Assembly: GCF_000150275.1 (NCBI RefSeq)
Contig: NW_002060949.1
Coordinates: forward strand, 927,836 to 991,835
Length of the DNA stretch: 64,000 nucleotides
Direction of reading: 5' to 3'
Origin: Trichoplax adhaerens
Lineage: Eukaryota; Animalia; Placozoa
Under the pieces are notes generated by a model. It did no database searches, was not told the DNA's origin, and saw nothing but the letters and a program-made list of their open reading frames with translations. The translations under genes were made by a program, and so were the position numbers. Below, piece after piece: positions 50,601-64,000 of this stretch. Position 1 is the stretch's first letter, and each line of letters begins with the position of its first letter.

Positions 50601-51630
50601 CTAGGCCTTGCTCTAGCTACAGCAATTACAAATCTGGCAGTTGTAGTAGTTGCAACGGCTATCCATGCCCAATCATGGGTTACAGAGCTGTAGAATTCAA
50701 GAACTACTACTACAATAACCAAAGACTTTTCTTGACTACCAACAAGAACGCACCACACTGTTGTAGGTTTTAGCAATACGTAATTAAATAATGCCCAGTT
50801 AATAACGACCATTATTATTGCTAACTAAACTTATTAATATTAGCTTTATTTATTTTCTGTTGCCAACGTAAAATACTAGATCAAGTACAGTAAGAATTTT
50901 ATGCTTTCCTTAGAATTGATAATTTTAGTTTACTACCTTCATTAGTACATCACTGATCGTAGTCAATTAAATTTTACGGTGCCTTAGTTCTTGTATTATC
51001 CAACTACGAACTAATCTAATCTAATCTGAAGGCCTTGAAGAAATTCAATATTAAAATAAGCAATGTTATATTGCCATCAAAATTGCTTTCATAATTAATT
51101 TAATGATTGTCAAGATTTATTTGTAACTTCAGCCCTACCATACGGTAGTTAAATTTTTTACACAGCTGAAATTTCATCTTATTTGTATTACTATTTCCTA
51201 TTTTAAGTTATCATGCAATAATACACATGACTAAGTGCAAATATCAATCTTTTAATATTATAATGCTCCACAATTTATATATATATATTACAGATGTAAA
51301 AATTATGTTGATACTCTTTGGTTTTAATATTATCATAACATTTTCATTACAGCTGGCGCTAAATCCGCTAGGTCCTTTGTACATCAACTTGGTGGCCCAG
51401 AATTAGCTGCAGAAGATGCCAACTTAAAGTACGTAATAAACTAATTAAATTTATGCCTTGAAATTCGTAAAATTAGATACAATTTCTTTTATCACATCAG
51501 TATTGAATAATCCAATTACGCGCAAACTGTGAATGCAGGGCTAACGATAGTTTCTCCTAGATATGTTTGATTATAAAATACCATATTAACAGATTATACA
51601 TTTAAATATTTTTATAGACATATGGAATAA
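47699..51630 (+). CDS. Pancreatic lipase-related protein, copy 5 (20-aa lid, no PLAT; closest to copy 3)
   Basis: Exons 47699-47762, 49072-49536, 50253-50762, 51353-51428, 51618-51630 (stop; exon to 51672, UTR exon from 51834). Intact triad. Confidence 0.88.
48269..48430. repeat. Two-copy 82-bp tandem repeat in intron 1 of lipase copy 5
   Basis: cattattcaatattgcatcgatt..gctaatt..aagtacttttcaat.tgaaaa at 48269 and 48351. Confidence 0.85.
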
Positions 51631-53169
51631 ATGAATCAAGAGAATTGTTATATCTTCATTAGAACGTTTTAAGTAAGTTTAGCTGCTAATAAAAGCTATA
51701 CTACTCCGAGCAATAATCCTAAGATACTTCAATCTGTTCCATTTTCCTTATCGTTATTATGTTTTAACTCTATTGGACAAACTATTCGATATTCCTATAA
51801 TAATGGCATTAATGTTTTTATTTATTTTATTAGATACCTTCCGCTGTTAAGATACCTTGAATTTGCTATCATAATACCGAATATTATGAATAGTAGATGA
51901 TACTGAAATCTAAAGCAGCATACAAAAAAGAGTAGAATTAATGAATACATGGTAGAAAATTTGTGTAGAGTAGTATTAATGTGCTTCTATAAATGAGAAG
52001 AGCATTTTATTACTTTAGGATGAGTTGTAAAACCAGCGGCTGATCGTTTCATTATCATTGTGATGTTATTTGCACTGTAATGTTCTGATGTAGCTGAAAT
52101 TAAAATGAACTTTTGCAATGAATAATCCAATTGTATCTAACTTTTGTTACTTAGTAAGATTGATCTTGTCCGTAATCTTAGGATGATCCAAGAAATATGC
52201 CACTCATTTCGAGAGCAGCCTCTCTTTTGAATATTTTTAAATTTTTCTTGGGCGTTACAACAGTGTACTGTATGATCAATCACATAAAGAGGATTTAAGG
52301 TGCTATAGATCGTCAATGCTAGTAGATTAGGCAAATTCAACGACGGAAAAGATTGCAAAATAATTTTATGTCAATAGGATTTTAAGATTTTAGACCCCAT
52401 ATAACTATATACATCCAGTCTGATATTCGTATTACAATAAATTATTGATAGAATTATTGAAAAAGAATTACTTTATCAGGAATTTTAAAATTCATAGCAG
52501 CTAATTATCGTCAATTTAAGTTTTGCAATGCTATTTTAAAAGGATTTAAATAGATTACTCTCATGTACCATTAAATGACAACTGTAACTGTCAACTGATC
52601 ATCAAATCACCCATTCTGGGTAGCTTAAAATAGAATAAAAAAATTCCTTAAGTAATTACGGTACTTAGAAATTTGAATCCCGTCTATTAATAAAAAACAG
52701 ACTATAGCAAGGTTCAAATATCGTATTTATCCCGTAAACCTATCATTACTAAAAATAGAAGGTGAGATTGAGTATAATACCTCAAATGACATCTTAAATG
52801 GTAGTCTGAAATCGCATTTCTTAAACCTAGTTCGACACTTCGCTCTTAAAAATATAACCGATGACAATAGCATGCATTGGATATTAATTATTTACACCTC
52901 TAAATATAGTGATATTGTCACACTGACAATGATATCTTTAAGATCAGTACATCTGGAGCGTTGATAAATTTATCTATAATATCAGAGTTGCATGAAAAAT
53001 CTGATTTATTTAAAAACGATGCGTCAATGTAGCAACATACTCCTATTAATTACATTAATCGCGTACGTAATGCTGCCTTATAATTAGTGATACATTAATT
53101 AATTGAAGAATTGTGAAAAAGAAAGTTAGTGTAATTGAAATAGACATCAATCAGACAATAAAGAATGAT

Positions 53170-53620
53170 ACGGCATCAATTTCGAAAGTACTTGTAGTGG
53201 AGCCACAAATATGGCTTAGATTAGGATCCAAGATTGCACAAGAATAGTTTAAATATAGTCTGATTGTAGTTAGATAGCCCTTGGTAGTTGTAAGATGAAC
53301 CTATCCGTATGTAATAAAGCGAAGTCTATAAGAAACTGCAGTTCTTGTTGTATTTTTGAGAAGCCACTTTATCACAGTATTAAAGCCGATATATCTTTGG
53401 AAAGTGATTTCTTAACTCAAATGATATACTATTCTTTAGCTACTAGAACTAAGGCGCTATCGCACAACTTCAGACATATATTATCTTAATACTATTCCGA
53501 ATTTTACTACTTATTTGATGGTATCTTTAAGAATCCAGGATAAGAATCAACATTCAATTTATATAGGAATATAGTGATTACAATCCGTTTAATATGGACC
53601 ATTTGAAGAGTACAAGGATA
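53170..53620 (-). pseudogene. Possible highly decayed non-LTR retrotransposon (LINE) reverse-transcriptase remnant
   Basis: Minus-strand frame reads RLRFI..*..TTKGYLTTIRLYLNYSCAILDPN, resembling the LGFI...Y.TLVRP.LEY..AVWDP segment that follows the RT core of CR1/L2-type LINEs. Stops and frameshifts throughout. Confidence 0.3.
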
Positions 53621-53935
53621 AATACAATATAATATTTCAACTTCCTTTCTTGAAACTTAAGATTTCAGCCACCATACGTATTATACTTTATATCAGAAAT
53701 AAGGATTAATTACTAACAGTACTACAAATGATCGATCTAATTTTCTATTTTTATAAGGCTAAATGATAGCCATGGATAATTCAGGTCATTTTGATTCAGT
53801 ATCGAAATAAGATCAATGTACATAAGAGACTAAATTATCACTGGTCTACTGTACGTACTCTTTCAGCTTATAAGACTAGAAGATGGCTATTGATAAATTT
53901 ATAACAATAAATGAAATAATAGATTGATTGGTCTC

Positions 53936-54314
53936 TGTCACAATTTCACTTCTATGACAAGGTAACGTACAGTAAAAGTCTATAAGCAGCTACTGACTTA
54001 AACGCCCTTTTACTTAACGTTAAACACACATAGCAAAAGACTGTAAAGATGAAACTTTTATTAGCAAAGATACACCTACAACTTTTTACCACACTCTCAA
54101 TTCAAATATTCCCGTTATATAGGAACCGTCTAATTTGTAAACAACGACAGTATTATTATTATACCTTATTAGGAGTAACATCTCGAACTGAGATGTTCCT
54201 TACATAGCTTTTCTATTAGTAAATATTTTGAATCTCTTACTCATACTTAATCTTAATCTAAGCTCGTAGGTTGTCTAATTCAACTATCATCAACTAGAAC
54301 TTGAATCATCTTAC
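53936..54314 (-). mobile_element. 5'-truncated inverted copy of the 45532-46083 LTR
   Basis: Reverse complement of about 45703-46083 with scattered substitutions. Begins exactly at the LTR 3' terminus (tgtcacaatttcac) and lacks the first approx. 170 bp. Confidence 0.88.
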
Positions 54315-56468
54315 GTTATTCATTCTTCTAAACATTAAATAGCTAGTTATTAATTAACTTTAGACTGCAGTACCTCGTTGATATTATCATATTCGGCATC
54401 AATAATGGTAGTAATGACATCTAGAGAATTTCGGTTGTAATCATACCGATATTAGAGTTTATGTAATTTTTATTAAATACGTTTCATAACTTTTATTTAT
54501 AACACTTAACTATTTCTTGTTGCATGTTTATAATCAATACAATTCTTTATTTACCTACAGGCATCTTGAATAATTCCATAACCCATGCATCATAACAGAA
54601 GACCTTTAGCGGTTATAATTTGAAATAACTAACATTAATTTGCTTAATATCGTTGGTGTACCTTCTTGAACTGTACTTTCTACAATTGATTATAGTTATA
54701 ACTTAGAATACTAATCTCTGAATCTTTACAATGATAGAAATTTGCTCTTATATAATTTTATGTGTTTCAATCGATACTATCGAGGATTCTATAATTTATA
54801 ATTAATCGTCTATTAGTAACAATATTTCGAAACAATTCATCGACAGATATACATTAATGTTATGTTAGTATATCAGAGATAATTAATGGATAGCAATGTA
54901 AAATATTAGCTCAAAGTATATCATGATAAATGTACTTCTTGAATGAAAAAGAAGAATATTCATCATTGACTTAGTTATAATTGATGAATCATGCTTTAAT
55001 AGTTTAATCGTTTTGATATATTATAATTTGTAACTTTCTCAATTTTAATGATTTAAAGCTAAATTATAATCTATAAATTGCATGAACTAAATAAGCTTTG
55101 TTGGATTCAGTATTTAAAGTCTTCATTACAAGCCGTATTATTAGATTTAAAAGATAGTATTTAGACTGAGCTATTTGCTATGCATACAAAAGGACTGTTG
55201 CAGTTATGCTCATGTCGAAATATTTAACCTGGTAGACTCTCAGCTCTCAGTAAAGATTATAAAACTGATAATATCATCGCGACTACGATGAATATCGTCG
55301 ATCACTATTTATTAACTTAGTTTGCTCTCTGTTATCTGAGGATTACGAGAGAAATATCATAGCTATGATTACGACAACTTTATCAATTTCGACTTATTCA
55401 GAATAATTAGTTCTTTAGGATCTATAAGGACTATATTACTAGTAGCAATAGCACAGTAATGATTATGATGAAAACTTTAGAATGATATTAGCTTACTCCT
55501 ATAATTTATGAATTATCTGTTATTAGCAAGAATTATAAGCGGTTGCATTGCTGTTGTGATTGTGATGAGTCTATCGTCAAGTTATGAAGCTTGTGTCAGT
55601 CAGCTCTACAGTATATGGTATCTAAAAATTGAAATCTCCATATGCCCCCCCCCCAAAAAAAAAATTTACATTTGACCGAATGATTGGAAGTATTTGTAGT
55701 ATACAGTAGCAACAAGATAAAAAATTTATTGTAGCTTTTATATTACATATTTATTAGAACAGATGCTAATGCTAAATGCAATATCTCATATGACGAAATG
55801 ATCCTAACAAGATATTTAGGGTATTTTTATTTATGTTTATGGTATTCTCTTGCTACAATCTCTATAATCAATATAGGAATAAACAAAGGCTACGAAATGA
55901 GCTTATCTCATAGTTAAATATAACAGAATTAAAATAGCGGAATAAAAATAGTTGAGAAACTAGTTAGAACAGTAGTATTTATCTGTAATATACTTTTAAT
56001 CTAAGAAATTACAACTCTTAAGCCATCTGAGAACACAATCATTCAGATATTGAAAGTTAGTGTCTTTATTCTAATTTGTTAGAAATTCTATTTACTAAAG
56101 CTACATCGGTCTGTTACTTAGCGGATTTATTTTTTCTGTATTGTTGAATATATCAGATCAACATATCAGACATTAAGTATAAAGTAATCATAAATAAGTT
56201 GGAATTTTTCATTTTTTCTTTAATTTTGTAGAGGTTGAAAGATAGCATTATCTGTTATTATAGTAAAATTATCTATGTATTAATCTAATTACTAAAAATA
56301 ACTAATAACGTACCGAACTTTATTTAAATAGCTATTGTTATAATACTTATTTCTTAATAATAGCTTATGGTCTATTAAAGTAAAATTATCATAGATTGAT
56401 TCTAGCATGGCAATTTTGCTGCGCACAGGAATTTCAGTTCGATAACGTTTGCTAAGGTACTAATTTTC

Positions 56469-59400
56469 TTAATGGTAGCTCTCCTTTCCACTTTCTCTGT
56501 AGATAACAGAATGCTGATCTTCATTAAGCGTAGTCAATTCTTGATCTATGATTTATTTGTAAAGAAATCAAAATTATAGTACTTTGCAATCATGTCCAAA
56601 TTACTTTCGTAACATTACAATATCTGTCAAGCACTGGTATGATAACCGACAAACTGATAAGCTATGACTCAGAAAAGACACGACTCACCATTTTGGCCAT
56701 CTACTTTGTTAGATGGACAATACAGGAATATGACGGTGAACGTATAGATATTCCATAAACCGTAGATACCTGTGAGGAAGGCGCCTATGAGGAAATGATA
56801 TATACGTAACGATATGTTAATAGCTTAATACTCTATCTTTAAACTGTAATGGTATAAACTTATATTATATTGTAAAAAAGTAGAATATTAGAATTTAATT
56901 ATCGATATGAGCGGTAATAAATACATGATAATTAATAGACTAACTACAGCAAATTGATATGACTACGTTAAATTGTCCTATTCTATTGCTTGTCTGTATA
57001 TTAATTCATGCGTAGTACATAAATCGGTGACTATTGTTACTTATTAATTCTAAATGACTAAAATTTGTCGTACAAAGCTAGGTTTTTAAAGAAGCGATAC
57101 TAATTATTGAAGCTTTTTTGTGGGCTAATAGATTAACATAAATGAAAACTGTAAGTACAAATTAAAATAATGGATCATTTGCAGTACTTGCAATCTGTAA
57201 ATCAGACTGTTCGTCCTCATCCAAGGACTCTTCCTTGAAATGGGATAGGCTATTAATGATGACAAATGCCACCGTTAAAACCGCACAAATTACAGAAAAG
57301 AGTAACTGAAAGCGGAAGCGATAAATCAGTCCCTATCAAAAAAAATTGTTCACAAGTACTGAGAATACCACGATAAACACGCAACTGTGTGCTTGTAAGA
57401 ATAATCAATTAATAAGTCCATAATTCATTGTATTTTTTATATTAGTATAATGAAATACGCATATTTAACTAGCTTTTCAGCTAGTAGTATAATACTATGC
57501 TAGTGTAACATATGAGAATATTAATATTAAAAAAATAAGCAGATACTGTAAGTAAAAGTGTGAGATGCGTCTTCCATAAATTATATATTTACAAACAAAT
57601 ATAATCTGTACTAAGGCAAGTCGCACTGCTACTCTTTAAATCATAATAAGATCAATATTTTCTACTACTCTTTTCTTAAATTTTAAAGCAAGCATCAAGT
57701 TTGCTACGGCATCCATAATTGTTTACATAATACTTTAACGCTGTAATAGATACTACAGTATCAATTAATCAGATAATCCTATCGGTGGTATATGATAATA
57801 ATTTTAATAGAAGTTGAATCTAGTATTATATTCGTGTTCACGCTATAGTATAGTGCATCATTTTCTATTCCATTTACCTCATAGAACATTCTGCGGGATT
57901 GCTGCATATGTGGTAATGCACCTTGTCTCGTTTGCATTCCTCTTAAAACTCTAATGACCATAGCCACAATACTTACTAAGTACAGGCATATGCAGATCGC
58001 TGCAACAATTATAAACCCATACTGTAATAATTTTCGAATGAAAAGTCGAAGTCAAGTAAAATTAAAGTCATATACTGTATTGTCAAACTATGGCTAGAAT
58101 CTTATCAATGAATTTTGAGCACAATCATTTCTAAGCGTCATAACTCTTGTAATGGATGTTGAGCATAGCGTGAAGATTATTCGTGATATTATTTTACAAT
58201 ATTTATCTAACGAGACTATTACTATACCAAGATATTAATTATAAGCTTTCTGTGCAAGTAAATCTTATTATTTTCTATAAATCAGAACATCAAAATATAT
58301 CAAAAGCATAACAGCTGGTTTATAGTCATTCTAGAAAATATAGTAACATAAAGTCATTTAAAGCTGGTATCCATTTTAGATACTTATGATATTGCAACTG
58401 GAAATATTTAAGGATACGGCTATACGTCGGCCACCTTCTGTTGCCCATATGGAATAAAATGGATTGCTTAACTGTATGCCCCTATTGTGATGCAATTAAT
58501 ATACGAGTATAAAATGAAATAAACTTTATGATTACACACATATAACAAGAATAATCAAATTAATTCCTAGCTTTATTTCTTAAATTGATCAATTCGGTAG
58601 CTTAAAAAAATAATCTTTTATGAATTACCTTTCACATAAATCAAATATTAGCAAAGATAAGCAGGAAAGAATGATAATAATTATTTGCTTCCAATATGTT
58701 TTAAGATTATTGCGCTTTCCCTGCTCCTATACGCATATATTGAAAGAAGAACGTCAATATTTAACGATACGATTATAACTAAGACTATTGCACTTATAAC
58801 TATTACGAATATAAAACTGTTCGGGTGTTACCTCACCGTAGAGAAGTTAGCGATATTTATTGGCGTAATCTAATTTAGATTACAAGATAGTTCATATTTC
58901 AGACGTAATGTACCGAATAAATGATTATGACTAATAACAATTTAACAATAACAATAATTTACAGTAGATTGTGTATAATAATTTGGCTGATTCTACGAAT
59001 GGGCATGTTGTAATCTAATAACTGCCTTGTGTTAGTCATCAGATATCTATGTCATTGAAAACTGTCGCATTAATTAGGCGTTTTGATATAGCCTACTATC
59101 GTACCAGATTTATAGGTGCTAATTTAATGAACTTTGGGTGATACTACTAAATTTACATTATTTAGCTGCCTATAAACCGCAATATCTCTGTCAGTAAAGT
59201 GATGGGATGTTACACTAGCGATAATAATTATAGCTTCCAACTACTGCAGGAAGGCATACAAGCCTGGCATTTTGTATAATAAAGTATATTATTAAGTTTG
59301 TTGCTTAACGTGAAATCAGAGAAGTACAAATCACTGAGAATGTGTAAAATTAGGGTAAGTGTGAGAAAGGTATACAGGTTTGGCATTTTATATAATAAGG

Positions 59401-62400
59401 TTAGTTCTTAAGTTTAGAGCTTAGCGTAAATTTAAAGAGGCACAAATCACTGATGATTTGTAAAATTAGAGATAGGTGTTCCTAAATGTTTCTTAGACAG
59501 ATCTAGTGCCCTAATACGTTATTCGAGGAGAAGATTTGTAGATTTAGCTTTTGTTATCTTGTAACAAAGCTGATTTATGGATACATTTTACTCCAAATTC
59601 AACATGACTTAAGGCGAGAGAATGTCGTATTTAGATTTACGAATGCTTAAATGTCTATTATAATTATTGATATAATTCACACGGTGTTAGAAAAGTAAGC
59701 TATTAATAATTAATAATGCAATAGTAATGTGGCAACAAAATCTTTACCAAAGAATGCTCTCCAACGAAAATAGCCCAAAATATAAATAAGGCCATATTGA
59801 AAATTCCCGTACGAATATCATTCAGTAGCAACAGTTGAGGCATATTAAACCAAAGCGTTAGCCATTCCACCGGTACTGTAAAGAATATTTTGTATAATCT
59901 AATTAATATTGTCAATAATTTAGCTCGCATTTCAGAAACAATAATAGCACAATAACTTATTTTAAGGGACGGTACTGACCGATACCTGCTTGTAATGACA
60001 ATTTTAAAAAATTTACGAAGATACCTACCCTAACAAACATCGGTTTACTTAATTTTAAGGTATTATGATGAGAATTAATTCACGTATAGTACCATATACG
60101 AGTATACGGCTATAAGCTCGGTCATGTCAGTTTTACTGAAATTTCAACGACTGCATGGATTCTCCAATTTTTAGATACTACTGGACAAGCTGTAAATGCA
60201 ATCTATGCAAATGCTCCACTTAATCTAATTAGTATTAGGATTTGAAGATATTTTTTCGAAATTAAGACTTCAGATCGCCTGATATTTAGCGTTAAAACAT
60301 CAAATTTGAATATGTAATTATTAAACTATATTAAACTATAGGGCTTAAGAGTAGGTTAAGAATGATTCTTTTTGAAGCATTTCCTATAAGAATTGCGTTG
60401 TGTGAATAAAACTAGTCATTTAGATCTAGTCAGATGGAGCAAAGATTTTGTAAAGTGCTCTAGGAATTTAAGCGGCTATCGAAATATTAGTAAATGTTAT
60501 ATGCCTTATAGTAATTATATATGTATATAATAAGGTATACACTCACATAATTACGTATGCTTAATCTAAAGATTTTTTATTAATTTACAATTCTTTTAGA
60601 GAAACTAAATTTCCAAACACTTACAATCAACTATAATAGCGGATATGCCAAGAGCGTAAAGCATTCTGTAAGAGAATGGATAGTATTAAAAGATTAGTAG
60701 AAAATAAACTTTGTGTTTAAAGTAGTTATTTAATTATAAAATGTTAGCTTAAAGATACTTAATTTTCTTAGACAAAACGCTCATAGGATACATATAATAA
60801 ATTAAAATAAGGGGCATATGATGTTAAAATAGTCCTACTAGATAACTAATGAGAAGTACTTATTTTAGAGCATTATTATTAATGAAACGTTGCATTGGCT
60901 ATAGCCTTTTAAAATTTAAGAGATGCCATGCTTCTGCTATTTTAAGACAATTAATGAAGCAATAAAATTTTTAAACTTTACTTTTGCTATGGTTCGTAGA
61001 AATTAATTGATAAAAATATTCACCTTGATATAAGGTTCACGAATAGATTGCACTAATTAGTAAAGAGCCCTATTGCAAGGTTTTAATATTAATTTTAATT
61101 TTATTTCTACGATAATTGATAGTTGATAATCGCGAAATATAGTACTAAAATATCTGTTGTTATTCTGATAATGCATACGAAAAATATAGTAAATGCTGTG
61201 TAATGTAAAAGGATAATTAAATTCTCTTAAAAATATATTTAATAGAAAACGGCAGTACTGCAAGCGAATTTGGTTTTACTGTTCGCTATTAAACCAAACA
61301 TGAAATTGTTCATAGTGTCTTACCTCTCAAATAGCTGCGGTTGCCGATTTTTATAAATGCTAATTCTAAATTTGATGACAATGGGGATAATAAATAGTGT
61401 AGCAACAGATTTGATAATTAACCAAATTTCCGTGAAAGCTCCTTGTTGCAGTATTCCCTGTGTAAAGCTGTATATATTAGCGATATCTATTCTGTACTGT
61501 GTTATGCAAAAGTGAATTGGCAGTTATTAATAACTTTTTATTTCTTCCTTTTACAAAACATGCGCCCCTGATACATACAACAAATGTTATCTCTGATATT
61601 GGGCCAATCTTGGAATTCATGCCATGGTGAGTTGGTAGCTTTATATTTATTAAATAATATTGATAATGACAACTTCCAATTTCAAATAAAGTGATGTAAT
61701 CGCAAATATAATTCGAAACGTCAGCCTAAAAAATTCACAGAAATGCATTGATTAAAACTTGTAATTCTAAGTACAATATTTTTAATAACAATCCTTTATA
61801 GAGTTCTTTATAAATTTGACTTTCACTCGATAGTTAAGCATTTGAAACACTACTTTTATCAAATAGGTTATAAAATGTAGATAGTGTTTTGTAGGGTACG
61901 GCAACATATCTTTGGAATCAAATATGGCTACAAAGTAGTAAGAATATTTTCTTTAGAATGAATGACTCATTAATTAATGTTGTATAACAAAGTATATTTA
62001 CTATATGGGAATATTAACAATTCTTCGGTATTTTATCAGAGTATTATAAAAGCGAAAAAGTAAATTGCATACTGCAATACAATCAGATAAAAGTCAAACC
62101 AGCAATTCTATTAAACCAGTAAAGTATGCGCGCACGTACGTATACAACAAACAGTAACTTTTAATATCAGATTAAACTAAGATTACTATCACCTAGTAAC
62201 AATAATTAAAGGATTAAAAATACACTAAATACAATTAAGAATATTTGCTCATATTAAGATTTTGTAGCTGCATTTATGATGTATCCAATTTACAACATAA
62301 TTGATATAGATAACTTCTGAATGGTATAAAAGTAGATAAATTCCCGAATGGGCTCTATTCGCGACTAATTAGAAACTAGCCCTTTAGTTAGTTAGTGTTG

Positions 62401-63833
62401 CCTCAAGGATAGATCTGCATGTTTCATGCAGATAGGCAGTATATGTTACCGTAATATTTTCTCGTAAGATTTGTATTTTTAACGATTTAAAAATGTTAAT
62501 TATTCCTTTCAAGAGTGCAATATGCATTTCTAGCTATATTTTATGATCGTAAAACAATAATAAGAAAGCTGCATCGACGAAGTAGGCATAAATTTTTCCG
62601 GCTTTAATTTGGTAAAGAATAAAGTTTCACGTCTCTTTTGTATAAGTAAAATACGAAAAATGGAATAGGGAAGTTTAGCGGATCTAAAGTTATTTATTAA
62701 CAAATTGTAGGGAAAAAATTTACTATAGCTACTTAGTTTCAATTGCTAGAGATTTTTATCAAACAAACTGCGACAATAAATCGTGACATTTAGAAAAGAG
62801 TTACTCTATAGGGTTTTGTGAATCGTTCTGTTGTTTTTAATTAAAACTTTGCATGAATAAAATTGATCTTTTGTCTTAATTTTTATTTTTAATTTATATT
62901 AATCAAATTTCTAGTCATATAAATAACTGAAAGATTTGTCAGCAATGTGCAAAATATTAAAAATTACCGGCATTGAAGTTGAGCTATGATGAAATATTTT
63001 GTTTTTGTAGGATTAGAAGCAGCTACACCTATGACATTTGTAAGAGCTGCAAACTCCTTTATCTCACTTTTATGCTTAATTATTAACTAGCTACGCCCAT
63101 AAAAAGTTCGGAAAATGAAGGTGTTGATCTTAATATTTATAACATGTATGTGTTCAAGAAATATATATGGGATTGCCGGTATCGTATGGGATAATAATAT
63201 AATTACAGTGATGTAGTAACAAGGAATAAAGGAAAATTCTTTAAGCAAGGTGAACATCAAGCCATACCTCACTTTGTAGCTTACTACAATGCAAAGGCCT
63301 TGTTTCGTCTGCTTTCGCTATTAAACTCCATGATGTCTTTAAATTGTTCGTATATCCCAGTCGGACATTATAAGATATATTAGATTTTGAATCTAGTCAC
63401 CCAAACAATGAATTTAAGAAAAGGATAAATGTTTAAACGTATTATATTTGACTTTTACTATTTATTGAATTCATGAATGAGAAACTTTCAAGGGTATTAT
63501 ATTGTGCATAGAAATAAACTGCATGAAGTAAATATTATTATAGAAATCAGTAGACAACTAAAACTAAAATATAGTTACCATTTGGGCGCAATTTATCGTA
63601 TTCAACATCTACGTTCATCAATACTAATAGATATTGATTCCATCTTGATATTTGAGGATGTCCATTAGGAATACGAACGGTAAAGACGATCTCATCGGCA
63701 GGAATATTACTTGGAATATTACGGATATCAATTTCTTGGCATTGATCCGGATCGTACCATTGCTTTAATCTTCCTTTATCGTGGGCTTTACACGTCGTTG
63801 CAGTAAATTTATAGGCTTTCGTTGGTGATGGAG
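56469..63833 (-). CDS. WLS: Wntless (Wnt secretion factor; 5' coding exon lies beyond the window)
   Basis: Exons 63833-63579, 63392-63268, 61725-61579, 61457-61324, 60665-60625, 59875-59748, 58726-58629, 58481-58418, 58021-57878, 57332-57188, 56784-56689, 56545-56469 splice into one frame: [90 protein letters not shown] (YEGL endocytosis motif), [19 protein letters not shown]. Confidence 0.95.
59255..59479. repeat. Diverged two-copy approx. 117-bp tandem repeat in a WLS intron
   Basis: ataca.g..tggcatttt.tataataa...acaaatcactga...tgtaaaattag at 59255 and 59372. Confidence 0.75.
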
Positions 63834-64000
63834 CTAGAATTCGCACAGGCAAAAGAATATCAATGAATAAAATGTTACATCTATTACTGCCCCTTACTAA
63901 GGTAAAGTATCTAATAAGAGCTACTTGATGGGGTAATTAGATGCAGTAGTTTTCACGATAGCCTAGAATATTGCTGGGCTATTTAAGCTAAGCTTTGTTT

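Noticed and set aside
55508-55675. 55-aa ORF with a hydrophobic N-terminus (MNYLLLARIISGCIAVVIVM...)
   Set aside because: Runs through a C10-A10 homopolymer, has no recognisable homology or convincing exon partners, and lies just downstream of WLS; likely chance.

Overview
AT-rich, compact, intron-containing animal genomic DNA. Composition, short introns and gene set suggest a placozoan (Trichoplax-like) genome, but this is an inference. Left part (1-19 kb): ATG10, ASNSD1 head-to-head with GET3/ASNA1, a TRIM-NHL E3 ligase with an uninterrupted CDS, and RADX. The ATG10, ASNSD1/GET3 and RADX promoters are marked by dense clusters of a TACAG/CTGTA-GTAC motif. Middle (20.9-51.7 kb): a tandem array of five secreted pancreatic-lipase-family genes, all with an intact Ser-Asp-His triad. 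The copies differ systematically. Lid lengths are 34/26/20/9/20 aa, and one copy has the short-lid, short-beta9 signature of phospholipases A1. Three copies have lost the C-terminal PLAT domain while keeping its exons as a short tail and 3' UTR, each with the stop about 40 nt from the last predicted junction. Two copies carry an X-P-X-P-R (enterostatin-like) propeptide. The array also holds two unrelated solo LTRs with exact 5-bp TSDs (each with a damaged second copy), a foldback element and a G4-containing tandem duplication. Right end (56.5-64 kb): a 5'-incomplete Wntless (WLS) gene on the minus strand with a candidate U12-type intron. Exon boundaries and protein identities were read by eye, with no database search.
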